Shown: positions 47,004 to 58,861 of the stretch, one piece after another
Layout of the letters: each line of letters begins with the position of its first letter
How positions within the stretch are numbered: the first letter of the stretch is position 1
NCBI RefSeq assembly: GCF_000315625.1
Contig: NW_005434579.1
Coordinates: 159,584 to 223,583, forward strand
DNA from: Guillardia theta CCMP2712
Lineage: Eukaryota > Protista > Cryptophyta
Direction of reading: 5' to 3'
DNA length: 64,000 nucleotides
Made by a program: the position numbers and the translations under genes
Notes under the pieces: generated by a model
The model's input: the letters and a program-made list of their open reading frames with translations, nothing else
Databases searched by the model: none
What the model was told of the DNA's origin: nothing

Positions 47004-47624
47004 TTAAGAGGTCGGCGAGCGCAGGCGTTTCTCCCCCAAGGAGCACACTCTCTCTCCATGCTCACTCTGAGAACCCTCACCAATCATCAGATTCTGCAAG
47101 TTGACACACGCTTGTGAGAGCGACGACAAGCTTGCCGAATCCTTGGCATCGGAGCAGCTCTTCAATCGATCTGGTCGCCGAGCTACGTCCTTCTCTCGAA
47201 GCTGATTGTGACTTTCACTCCTTCTGTTGAGAAACCAGCAGAGCGAACCAACAGAGTCGTCAGAGATATGATCCATGGTCTTTGACCGTCTCATCTTCCT
47301 TGGAGGACTGACCAGATCCATGTCTGGGTTGTCTGACATTGGAGACTCCAACGATGGCTCGATCCAAAGCAGAGGCTTGACCTTCTTTCCTTCCTTTCTC
47401 CTCATTCCTGCAGATCGAAAGTGCATGTGATGAGCTGGCTCTTTTCTCGAATCGGCGATCGGTCCTTGAGCAGAGTTGGAGCTGTCGGGGGACCCGCTGT
47501 CCTTGAGATCAATCGTTATGATCTCTTGGTGTTGTTCGGCGTGTGACTGGCGTGCTTCTCGAATCTTGAATTCAAGTATGTATGGAATCTCAACCACAAG
47601 AGAAAATATGGAGAGCGCCGCCAA
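47004..47624 (-). CDS. Hypothetical Ser/Arg-rich protein (start uncertain)
   Basis: 206-codon open frame ending in TAA before an AT-rich 3' region; no recognisable domain. Confidence 0.45.
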   Translation of the reverse strand: MAALSIFSLVVEIPYILEFKIREARQSHAEQHQEIITIDLKDSGSPDSSNSAQGPIADSRKEPAHHMHFRSAGMRRKEGKKVKPLLWIEPSLESPMSDNPDMDLVSPPRKMRRSKTMDHISDDSVGSLCWFLNRRSESHNQLREKDVARRPDRLKSCSDAKDSASLSSLSQACVNLQNLMIGEGSQSEHGERVCSLGEKRLRSPTS

Positions 47625-48739
47625 GATTTACCGTCGGCACCAGAGATCCAAATCAGGGGAAGGTACGCAAAAGGAGGCGAAGGAAGAACGAAAATCCAGA
47701 GAGATATGTGGAGGGTCGGATGTCAACGATGGAGGAGGAGAGACGGGGAGAGAGAGAAGGAAGAAGAAGAGGAAGAGGAGGAAGAGGAAGAGCCGCGACG
47801 GAGGGGGACGAGAAGGGTCAGATGCCGCCAGGTGGTCGTGAGATGCGGGCGATTGGGAGGCGATTGGGACGGCAAACCTACCTTCAAACAGCACCCCTCC
47901 TTTTCTCAGTACCCACCCCATGGGGAACAGATTATGTGTCACCCCTACCCATATAATTACCTTCAATTACCCCTCTATATCAAAGGGATTTCTTGAATCA
48001 AGATCAGGATGGGTACCATACAGACCACAACCCCTGGTGTTATGTGGCTGTTATACCGTACCCCTCTGGAATACCACGGAAAACCCCCACCCCCTACACT
48101 ACACCAGGGTAGGGTTGACGGTTGTGAAGAACGAGGCCGACTCAACCCACCCTTTAATTTTGTGTCAATATACCCCTCCATTTATGCTATAAATAACCCC
48201 TACTCAAATATATTTTTGCACCCCCACCCCACGTTTTTACTCCGCTTCCATGTAGATTGTCATGGACCCAATCTTCCAACGGCTACCGAAGAGGATAATC
48301 GAAATAGCACACTTTCAGTTCTTACCTTTTTGTATATCTATTTTAAAAGCTCTCACCAAGAGGTCGGCTCAAAAAACGCCCATCTATTTTGGCAACCAGT
48401 ACCCCTAAAAATACCACCCCACCCCCTATATCTCTCTCTGTGTACCCCCTATGGTCCCATGACTTACGCGTTGCATGTCTCAGGATCGTCCCTCTCCCCC
48501 AGTTCGGAATAAGTATGAGTGCAGTAGTCCTCAAACCGCCATTCCTTTTCATAACGCTTTCAGAGTAATTTGAAATTACATTGAAACACTTGAATATCTC
48601 CGCGGTTTGCTGGTGCTGTAGACCTTACAACAGATCGGACGGTCACGAAGTCACCAATATGGACCCCTATTTTTATTGTTAAAGTACCCCACCTCTAGAC
48701 AGTGCTGGGAGTATGACCTCAACTGACGTTCTTATCCAT

Positions 48740-49940
48740 CTGTACGATAAGGCGTTGCCAACTTGAGACTTTTAACGCTTCGGAGTCCTGGGAGGCCGTG
48801 ACAGCTTTAGCGCGTGCCCGCCACCGGGCATCTGCCCGACTCGTGCCGGGCCTGAAAGGTGACTCACGGTTGATACCGCCGGAAGTGACGGCGGGTCGTA
48901 CCGTAGTACTGATTTTTAACTCAACTTAACTTTGAGTAAACGGAACTTGCGTGACTTGCCTGTGCCACCGTGCCGTCACTCCGAGCCGCGGCGGCGCAGT
49001 GCGGCGGCCGCGGGGCGGCCGCCGGTTCCGACTCGTCCAGTTTCGCTGCCGCTCCGACCGTCTCATTCCGACAAGCCTTGAAGCCGCTGAGCCGCTGAGC
49101 TGCAGTCACCCGTGCACTGCACTCGGATGCCGCCAGAGTGCCGCAGTGCCGCGCGGCGCGCGGCGCGGCCGGGAACTCAGTGACTTGTGACCGGCAGTTG
49201 GAGGCTGCCCCCTGCCAGGCGGCGCCCAGGCTGAGTACGCCCGGCCCGGGTGACAGTCTGTCACACGAGCCCGAACTTCGGAAGTTGGAGTCGACTGGCA
49301 CTCGGGCCGACTCGCCGGGCCCGGCGAGTCTCCCGGAGTCCGCCGGGTGGCCGCAGTGCGGCCACTGAGTGACTGACTGTCGGGCCGCAGTGGCCGTGCC
49401 GTCGCCGGACCGGGACGCTGCGGCCTGAGCCTCTCCGTCACTGTCTGCCTGCCAGGGCCGCCGGCCCGGGGCAGGCTAGGCTTGCGCCGGGCCCGGCGCC
49501 GGGCCCCGGCGGCCGCCCGGGCCTCACTGGCCCGGCGGGCCTCAGGCCCGGGGCCGGCCCGCAGTGACTCCGGGGGTCCGGATCGGATCATTCATCACTC
49601 AGGTCACCCGGCCAACTTAAACTTAACTTGCGTCACGGTGGCAGGGCGGCCCGGCGGCGCAGCCTGACCCGCGGGGCCGGCCGCGCCGGCCCGGGCCGGA
49701 CTCCGGAAGCGCCCCCGGGCCGGTGACACCGGGCCGACTCGTGCCGCGCCCGGTGATGCCGATCGGATCGGACTTAGCCTCACGCCGAGTCATGGCTATC
49801 AATGGGCAGGGCCCGGCTGACTCCGGCGGACCGTACTACGGTAGGCTCATCCCGGGCCCCGGGCCGGGCCGGCCGGGCCGCCCGGCGCCGCGGGCCCGGC
49901 GAGCCGCCACTCGGAGGCGCCGGACTCTCGGGAGTCGGTG
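48740..49940. repeat. Large GC-rich intergenic island with element end at 48906-48940 (+)
   Basis: GTACTGATTTTTAACTCAACTTAACTTTGAGTAAA, with very dense CCGG, GGCC, GAGTC and GTGAC words. Confidence 0.8.
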
Positions 49941-50099
49941 TATTCATAGAACTGTAGGGGGTGGGGTGGGATAATCAAGGAAGAGCACGTGCGATCATGC
50001 CCAAGGACAACGATGGTGAGGGGGAAGAAAGGGAAGGGGGAGGGGGGGATGGGAGGATGTGAAGTATGGGCTATGCTGATGCTGAAGATGCTGAGGAAG

Positions 50100-50122
50100 A
50101 CGGAGATGACCATGGAGATGGA

Positions 50123-50153
<31 letters not shown>

Positions 50154-50273
50154 ATGATGATGGAGATGATGATGGAGATGATGGAGATGATGATGATGGA
50201 GATGATGATGGAGATGATGATGGAGATGATGGAGATGATGATGATGGAGATGATGATGGAGATGATGATGGAG
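50100..50273. repeat. (GAT)n/GGAGAT microsatellite
   Basis: Seen directly. Confidence 0.95.
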
Positions 50274-50440
50274 AAACTGACGGGGATCGGTAGCTTAAGC
50301 ATAACATGACATTTTTGTCCATAGCCACTGCTCGACGAAGCTCGAGAAGGGATGCGAAACCATATTCAACAGACAAGGTACATACAAGAGCCACGTGGGG
50401 CGTTGCTTGACGTGTGGATCAGGCTGGAGCAGTTGCAAGG

Positions 50441-51693
50441 ATGCTGGAAGACGATGAGGAGATAGTCAACGTCATTGACGGGAAGGAGCTAGAGAAAGCC
50501 GCGGTAGATATCGTCAGCAACCGCCCAGTCGCATGCTCACTGTTCTCTCTCGATTGCAGGAGGCCAACCGCCATGCGAGTGAGGAGCAGGAGGAAGAGGA
50601 AGTGGACGAGTCGAAGCCCAGCTTTGGGGAGATCAGCGCAAAGGATGTGAATGTAAGGCTCCTGACCTGCCTCGATCCCCGAGCTGAGAATTGCCTCCAG
50701 GGAGGAAAGATAGAATTCCGCAGGGTTGCTGTCCCCTCCCACCGTTTCACACCTCTGAAAGAGTGAGAAAATCGTTCCCTCCCCTCCCTCCCCTCCCTCC
50801 CCTCCCTCCCCTCCCTTTCCTTCCTCGCCCCTCCCTCCGTCACTCCCTCCTTCTTCTTACCCCCATCCCTACCCGTCCTCCGTCCCCTCCCTTCTCCTCC
50901 CTCTACTTCTTCTCGGTGAGCATTCGCTCGTGACCTGCTCGAGCAGGAAATGGATGGAGATATATGACCCTATCGTGAAGCACATGAAGTTACAAGTCAG
51001 GATGAACCTCAAAACAAAGTCCGTGGAGCTGCGAGTAAGGCATTTACCTGCTGTCACTTTGAATAACGCATCCTTTTCCTCCCTCCTCCCTCTCCCCTCC
51101 CTTCCCCTCCCCTCCCTTGCTCGATGCTTTTCCTTTCCGTTCTCTCTCCCCTCCTGCAGACCTCGGAGTATACCGAAGACATCTCTGCCCTGCAAAATCT
51201 GCTGACTTCGTCAAGGCCTTCATCTTGGGCTTTGAGGTCCAGGTGAGGAGAGAGGAGGAGGCGAGAGGGTGCTGGAAGGAGGGGCGAGGATGATGTTTTT
51301 TGTTATGGAATCTCGTTAGTCTGATGTCGATGAAGCTACTCTGCAAAAGATCTTTCTGAGCCTTTCTGTGCTGCTTGTCCCCCCGGACCAGTTGAGAGAG
51401 TTTTGTTGGTGACACCATGACAGGATGCCATTGCCCTGCTCAGGTTGGATGACCTGTATATCGACACATTCGAGGTGAAGAAGAAAAGGAGGGGAGGGGA
51501 GAGGAATGGGAAGGGAATGGGAGGACAGGAACGGAGGGCAAGGAAGGGGGGCAAGGAAAGAGGAGGAGAAGACTGGAAGGTAACATAGGCATTCTATCCA
51601 GATCAAAGACGTGAAGCCTTTGCACGGGGATCATCTTTCACGAGCCATCGGAAGAATCGCAGGTGATTATGCACCCAAAACAATCGATTTGTC

Positions 51694-51741
<48 letters not shown>

Positions 51742-52372
51742 CCTGCTCCTGCCCTCCCCCCCCCCTCCTCCTCTCGTCACCCCGCCTGCCACGGCTTTGG
51801 TCATCCTCGTTGACCTCTAGCTGCCAATTTTTCTTTTGTGGGGAAGAAAATCTGCTGAATCAAAGCGTCGAGGCCTCTGGTCGCCTCCGACGTGCAACTC
51901 CATGCGCATAATTCCATCAAATCCTCCTCTTCCTCCTCTTCCTCCTCTTCCTCCTCTTCCCCCACTTCCCTCATTTTTACTGAGATTTTCATCAGGGAAG
52001 GGAGGAAAGACGAAGTTTGCCATCGAGAACTCTACTCGTACGCGTATCGTCCTTGCAGACAGCAAAATTCACCTGCTCGGTATGAGGGGGAAGTAAAAGA
52101 GTTGGAGGAGGGGAGGGGAGGGGAAGGGAGGGGAGGGAGGACAATGTGAAGGAGAGGGGAGGATGCGGTGAAGGAAGCAAGAGGAAGAGTGACTGGTGGA
52201 CCAGGTTCGTTCAGCAATATCAAGATTGCTCGAGATGCTGTTTGTGATCTGATCCTTGGAACTCCTCCGGTTTGTTCTTATCTTGTTATTCTCTTTCAAT
52301 GACAACAGACGGCAGGGCAAAGTTTATACAAAACTGAGAACGATAGCAAGCAGACTGAAAGAAAGATTCTAG
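50441..52372 (+). CDS. PNO1: Pre-rRNA-processing KH-domain protein PNO1/Dim2 (start may lie upstream, to ~49997)
   Basis: Exons FRRVAVPSHRFTPLKE, WMEIYDPIVKHMKLQVRMNLK, ALQKSADFVKAFILGFEVQ, DAIALLRLDDLYIDTFE, KPLHGDHLSRAIGRIAG, GGKTKFAIENSTRTRIVLADSKIHLLG and GKVYTKLRTIASRLKERF-TAG. Confidence 0.95.
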
Positions 52373-52699
52373 TGTGTTGTTGTGATAGTAAACCCCTTCT
52401 TTTCTTCCTCCGTTGTCTGCTGCTGCTACTCCTCCTCCTCCTCCTCCTCCTCCTCCTCCTGGTCTACAGCTGCCCTTCTCTGGTGCAGTCTTTTCCTCTC
52501 TTCATTCTCTGGCTATCTTGCTCCTTCCTTTACATCATTACACATCGCGCCAAACCTCCTCCGTCCTGCAAACTTTTCAATTTGTCTTCTGCTACCACAG
52601 GACAGAAAACAAGAGCAGGGGAAACGCCTCACCTGCTCCTCGACCTGCTCCTCGACACGCTCTTCCTCCTCCCTTCCTCCTCCTGCTGCTGCTCCCATG

Positions 52700-54350
52700 T
52701 TCCTCTTGCAAGCAAGCAGCGTCAGCCGTCCGCTCCAGTGGTCGGCGCCTTACCCTCGTCTGCCGGATGCTCTCCAGCCATTCCTCGCGCCTCCCCCAGC
52801 TCTCAGGGCAGTGCTCGGGGGGAACTGACAGAAGTGTGAGACGGCCGTGTGATCTCTTCCTCTCTACTAGATTCTTGTGATCTCTTCCTCTCTACTAGAT
52901 TCCCACTTCCTCGCTGCTTATTCACTCCTCTTGTGCTCCTTCTCTCCTATCTTCTCCTGATTTTCTCCCTTCTCCTCTTCTCCTTTCTTCTGCTTCTCTG
53001 TAGCTCTCTGCTAATCCCTTCCCCCCCCCCCCTCCCCCCCTCCTCTGCTACNNNNNNNNNNNNNNNNNNNNNNNNNNNNNNNNNNNNNNNNNNNNNNNNN
53101 NNNNNNNNNNNNNNNNNNNNNNNNNNNNNNNNNNNNNNNNNNNNNNNNNNNNNNNNNNNNNNNNNNNNNNNNNNNNNNNNNNNNNNNNNNNCTCCTCCTC
53201 CGAATTTCTCCCTCCCAGCTCCCACTCCCATCTCTGACATGTTCCCCAAACACTCCTCTCCCCGCATCCCAAATTCTGTCCCCTGCCCCTCAACACCAAA
53301 AACGATCCTCCTTGCTTCCTCCTCTCCTCCACCACCTCTTTCTATGATAACTTGGATACACTCGGTGCAGTACTGGACTGTCGAGGAAGCATTGCCGCAG
53401 CAAGGGAGCTCTGCACGCTCCTTCTCTGTCAGCGGATCGTAGCAGATGGCGCAAACCCTCCCCTCCTCCTCGCGCCCTGCTGCTCGCGCCGTCACTCAGG
53501 GGGGATGATACCGAGAAAGAAGAACCTCCCACGTCCTCCTTGCGCGCAAGAACGAGGTTGCCAGGCTCGACGAGGAGGGTTTCCTCCCCAACTTGAACCT
53601 GGCAAGGCGACAGCGAGTCATTGTGTGCAGGCGCATGTAGCGAGCAGGAAAGACCTTGAACCTCTCTCCTGTCTCCAGCACGACTCCTGACTTGCCGTTG
53701 TATCCCTCCTGCCAGTTAGCGTGTGATCGGATCCTTGTCCTCACAAGCTTCAGGCTGCTACCTCAAGGCCTTGGATCATGACTTCGCTCCCTGCTGTCAG
53801 ATCTGCCGCGTCTGATGTCAGCCAGCCATGGAGACTGCACTCTACCCGACCTGACGACATTACTCGATTGATTAGAAACGAATTCTGGTACAGGTCCTGC
53901 GACTGAATGTCAGTGAAAAGCAGCGACGTCGATGCGCTTTCTGATATTGAACCGAATGAAAGACGATCCGACAACTCACGATCTTCATTCAGACCTCCTT
54001 CATTGTCTCTTCCCTCTCCCCATTGCTCCTCTCCCCTTCGACAGGCTGACTCTAAATTTGCGCATCTTCCATTCGCAATGCGCATGCCGTCTGCCATCCC
54101 TTCCCAACCTCTGCTCGCTCCCTTGACAATCCCTTTCAATGCATCTCAATGGTTTCTCAAGTTTGTTCACGCCTCCTCGATCGCTTGTTCGGTCGCTCCT
54201 CCTCCCCCTCCCCCCTCCCCTCCCTCCCTCCCTCCCTCCCTCCCTCCCTCCTCTTCTCTTCTCTTCTGTGCGTTGGGTCCTACCTGTCTCCTCTGCTCTG
54301 TTTCTCTCCCCTCCCCCTTCCCCTCCCTTGCACTTGATGTCGCCATGATC
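52700..54350 (-). CDS. RING-type zinc-finger protein (multi-exon, spans an assembly gap, ends approximate)
   Basis: CAICYDPLTEKERAELPCCGNASSTVQYCTECIQVII; upstream exons GSEVMIQGL and YNGKSGVV. Confidence 0.6.
53052..53191. other. Assembly gap (N run)
   Basis: 140 N. Confidence 1.
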
Positions 54351-54639
54351 AGCGCCTAGCGCAAGCACAATGGTACTAAAATTTACTCAAATGGCTTTCC
54401 CAATTTCAGTTGAACTTACAGAATTCACCTAAAATGTTATTTTAGCTGAATTTGTTCATCGTGAAACGTTGAGTTCGAATTGCGCCTGTGCATAAATTGA
54501 GGTGAGCCCGCAAGAAAACAGAGCGAGGATATCCAAAATTGGCAAAACCATGCTATCTTTGGCTTTATACAAATATTATAATTTCGAGATGAAATTTGGA
54601 AAAGACACATATTATCTTGAACCCCTTGCGATTGTTAAG

Positions 54640-55010
54640 TTAAGATCAGTCACAGTTTACTTCCGACCGTCCGACACCTAGTAGGTGACTGAAATCATCA
54701 AAGTTAAGTTAAAAATCAGTACGAGCGGGGTACTACCACTTAGTAGCCTCAGTACTAGGAGTAGTACGTGTCAGTGTGTGAGAGCTACTAGTAGTGACTC
54801 CGATGATGGGCCAGTGGCGGCCGGCGGCCGCCGAGCCTCCGCCGGAGACTCGGAAAGGTTAAGTTAAAAACGAGTATCGGAGGACAATGAGGAGAGGCTC
54901 AACGAACGTTTACACGCGGCGGCCGCGTCACCGTGGACTCGCCAGAGGGTGACAGTGGCCGGGAAGCCTGCCCGGCCGATTGGACCGGCGGGCCTGCGCG
55001 GATCAGACTA
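54640..55010. repeat. Intergenic island with two element copies in - orientation (54699-54725, 54858-54899)
   Basis: AAAGTTAAGTTAAAAATCAGTACGAG and GTTAAGTTAAAAACGAGTATCGGAGGACAATGAGGAGAGGCT. Confidence 0.8.
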
Positions 55011-55017
55011 GGGAATC

Positions 55018-55022
55018 AAAAA
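55018..55022 (-). terminator. RNA polymerase III T5 terminator of tRNA-Glu
   Basis: TTTTT on the minus strand ~21 nt downstream of the tRNA. Confidence 0.7.
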
Positions 55023-55043
55023 GGTTGTCCTCTTGACGAGACA

Positions 55044-55115
55044 TTCTCCCACCGGGAATCGAACCCGGGTCTCGTGGGTGAAAACCACGTATCCTAACCG
55101 CTAGACGATAGGAGA
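55044..55115 (-). tRNA. tRNA-Glu (anticodon TTC)
   Basis: TCTCCTATCGTCTAGCGGTTAGGATACGTGGTTTTCACCCACGAGACCCGGGTTCGATTCCCGGTGGGAGAA gives a full cloverleaf with CGTGG/CCACG anticodon stem and GGTTCGATTCC B box. Confidence 0.97.
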
Positions 55116-55609
55116 GGATAACAATAAGTGGCCCCTACCTGTATATGTACTGGGGTACCCCCTTGCAAGGTTGCTCAACCACAACCCCTCAACCCTCTCA
55201 ATTATGTACCCTACCCCTCGTACCAAGTTTTACTGCCGCTGCTTTGTGGTAGGGGAAGGGGTGTATTGAGTTTCGGTGGTGGGTGAAGGGTGGGTGGGTG
55301 GGTGAAGGGTGGTGGGTAGGGGAAAGGAGAACCATGGCGTTCGTACGACGGTGGAAGGTGAAGATGCTGGAAAGAAGCATGTGGAGGAGGTTGGAGGAGG
55401 AAGGGGAAGAGGATTAGTGTGGATACGAAGGGAAGGAAGGAGGGGGAAATGATGTGAGAACCGTGTTCGGACTCGTGAGGAAAGGGAGGGGAAGAACAAA
55501 ATTTGGCGAGACTGAAGAGGTTGATCTCGGGATGACAAGTATTATGGAGTCACTTGCTGAATTTTCCTCCTCCTGGTTCACTTACTCAATTGCTGTGAGT
55601 CTTTAGCAA

Positions 55610-58116
55610 CATGGTGTATCTCAACATTGATGCGATCATGCCATCATTCTTGTCTGCGCGGATCTTGCTTCTGACGTTCGACACCAGGATCTTGAAGAAC
55701 AATCCAAAGACAAGAAGAAAGAGGAGAGGGGACGATTTACTGTAGGCATGCATTTACAGGCTCCGCATGCTGCTAACAGTCTACCAGGGGAAGGTCTGCT
55801 GGTCGTGGTTGAAGAGGAGGGACGAAACTTGTTGTTGCAGCGAGGCAGGTGAAGCAGGCAGATGGTCGGAGAGGGCTGCTTTCAACGCTGATGGCAACAG
55901 GCAAGGGGGAGCTCAAGCATGTCGGAAACCTCCGAGATGGTTTTCCTTGCGCTCAGCACATCAACTCCTTGTAGCGCCTCCACGCATCTTGTGCCTGCTG
56001 GTGATGGTGCCTGACAGGTTTGGAAACGGAAAGGACTGTACGCCGGGAGCAGGAAGGTGAGGGTGGAGCTATGAGTATGCAGGGGATCCTCCCTGGAAAG
56101 AGCGCGTATGATTATCATGATAATCCACTTGCCATGGTCATGATCGTTGTCATGTCCTGTGACTGTGCGTGTTGTCAGGTGCAGTGGAGCGCATTGGTCA
56201 GAAGAGAGGTTTTCTTTGCCCTGGGGTTGTGACGGGATCTTGATTGTTGCTGAAAGGTTGTTGATAGAGCTCGGACAAGACATGCATCCTGGTTGTTCGG
56301 GTTGTCACGAATGTCTGCCGATCTGATGTCAGTCTCCTGCAAGGGGAAGGACGGGCGGAGGTTTCAACGGGGGTGCCCGATGCCTCGGTGGCCGCCCGGC
56401 CGATCATGAGGGAAGCTGGAACAAGGAGAGGTCATGTTACAGCAGAGCGAAGGCAAGGAGAGGAGACTCTCGGAGAGTCTTGACGTAGTCACCTGTGCTG
56501 TAGCTCGAGCCTCTCCATTGAGACGTCCAGGGAGGAGGCGAGCCAGCAGGAGGTGGATTGTGAGCGACTCCTCCGCATCTTGGTGGAGGAGAAGGTGAGA
56601 AGGATGCTACGTCTGCTTCTTGTGATTGTAAAGGATATGAGCAGGAGACGTTGATGAATGCTCACTTGGAAGTGTTCCTGCGATCGCCATGGGTGGAAAG
56701 GTTTCGTCAAGACACAAGACTGGCGGTTGTCTCTTGCACTGGCTGTGGGCAGCTACCCCCTGAACCCTCATGCTGACGACCAGAGCTTGCTCAAGTTCAA
56801 GAACAGGAGCAAAGAGATCACAGAAGCTATGGCTGCAGGTCAGAGTTCGCACCTGCTACTTGCTTGCTCTGATCATCGACTCCAGTCAAGCAAGTGAAAG
56901 ATGCTCTGAGATGTTTACAGCTCCCTGAAACAGGCAAGCCCTCCCTCCGTTGCCTTCCTTGCAGTACTCACTTGCCGCTACTCTCCCTCCTCTGCCTCCC
57001 CTTCCTCCCCTGCCTTCTCTGCCTCACTGCCCTTTTTCATTTCGCATCTCCCACTCCATGGTCGCACCACCGTCCTCCCTGCAAGTCCTCTGCCCCCTGC
57101 TTCCTCCCGACCATTCCCCTCTGCCAGTTTCTCCCTTGACAGCCCGTGCAGGAGATCAAGTTGTCATGCTCGATGTCTGCTCCGGGAAAGGGTTCACAGG
57201 GTCAGACCAAACTTCCCGCGTCCTGACTCTCCTCAAGTTTTCCCCAGCCTCCTGCTCTCCTTGGAGTTTCCTCGCGCCTCCGTGTACTTGCTCGATGCCA
57301 ATGGCAACATGAACATGTCGCATTGTTCGTCCCAGGATAACCTCTCCTTTCTCCACTTCGACCTCTTCAGCAGCAGAGCGGCGGAGGTGCGAGAAGCTCG
57401 TGCTGCCCGTCTTGTCGCCGACGGGCTGGTGGCAGGTGCTCGTGGACATCGCGGGGATGAAGACAGTAATCGCAGGTCAGTCGTGTGTTATAAGTTGTGT
57501 CGAATCAGTTGTATCATGTCAGCGTTGTCACGTCAACTGTGTTGTCAGTTGTATTTTGCTGTCGTATGTCATTGAATTCGTCGTATGTCATTGAATTCTG
57601 CTCCTTCCATTTCTTTTTTCGTATTTATGCCGTCTTTATCAATTGTGTCTCATCATAGGTATCTTGTTAGTTGCACTTGGCTGTTATGTCGTATCCATCG
57701 TGTCGAATCTCTCGTATATCATCGGATGTAACTTGCCATCCTCTCTCTCTCATTCAACTTCTCTGATCGACCGTGACAATGACTTGACTCATGTCGTCAT
57801 TGGCAGTTGGGATGCACCTTTGCGGCTCCCTGTCTCCCCGACTGATCGATTTGTTCGCCTTCCTCCCCGCGGTGGCGATCAACTTCTTTCTCCTCCTCCG
57901 CCTCCTCCTCCTAACTCTCTTCCCAAGGCCAAGGCCCTCGTGCTCTGCCCTTGCTGCCTCCGGGGATACCTCGGTAGCACTTCTCCCGCATGCCCACCGC
58001 AGTTCGTGAGGGGATGGAATGGTGCAGGAAAGACGGTCAAGGCGGCAGCAAAGGAGTCAGGACGGGGCTATGACGAGGTTGCTGCTAGCGATGAAACTGC
58101 GTCTGTTGTTTGTTGA
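55610..58116 (+). CDS. Class I SAM-dependent methyltransferase (Methyltransf_32/METTL25-like); ends approximate
   Basis: KEITEAMAA, motif I VVMLDVCSGKGFT, VYLLDAN, VGMHLCGSLSPRLIDLF and LVLCPCCL. Confidence 0.75.
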
Positions 58117-58861
58117 CGTCCCATGGATCTCAGACGCTCTGCGAGGTTCTTGCGGACATGTTGAGGTGAAGGAGATGAGGACGAAAGTCTCTTGTGAGGG
58201 TGATACTTCACTGTAGGAAATCAGCGCATGTGAGCGATGTGATGGTTGTAGGAGATGATCAGGTACAAACAAGGAGAAGAGTTGGGGGGGGAGGGGGAGG
58301 GCGGGAAGGGGGGGGGGGGATAGTCGGGCAAGAGGAAGGTGGGAAGGGGTAGAACAAGAGAGGAGGATGAGAATTAGAGGGGAATGAGGGAGGAAGCGAG
58401 GGAGGGGGACGAGAACGAGGAATGTCAAGAATCTTGGGGATGTCGCTTTCCTTGTTTTCTTTCTCTCCTGCGCACGGTATGCCAAGTGACTGGAGTTGTT
58501 AAGATGATCTCCCCTAAGTGCCGATTCATCTGTGCACTCAAGAATCAGACTGGCAGGTCCACGAGGGAAGCATGCGTACAAAATGATGATGGTGGATGAA
58601 GGTCGAGAGGATGAACTGGGAATTTGTGGGAATCAGATGATGACGACGACGATGATGAAGATGATAATGATGAAAAAGATGACATTGGTAGTAGGTGAAG
58701 GTTGAGGAGATGATGAATAAAAAAAAAGATGGTGTACAAGATGTAGAATACGGGAATGATCTATTTAAAGATTTAATGAAATCGCTAAAATCGTGCCACG
58801 TTGTACAATCGAGGTATCCCAGCTAGCCGTACTATTCATACATCCATCCTCTTCCTCCTCC

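Noticed and set aside
48921-49974. Pro/Gly/Arg/Ala-rich ORFs here and in the other GC islands
   Set aside because: Stop-poor by composition; no domain or splice structure.
49847-50394. Poly-Met, poly-Asp/Gly, poly-Ile and poly-Ser ORFs
   Set aside because: Translations of the (GAT)n microsatellite.
57561-57598. 19-bp tandem duplication GTCGTATGTCATTGAATTC
   Set aside because: Ordinary slippage duplication inside a methyltransferase intron.
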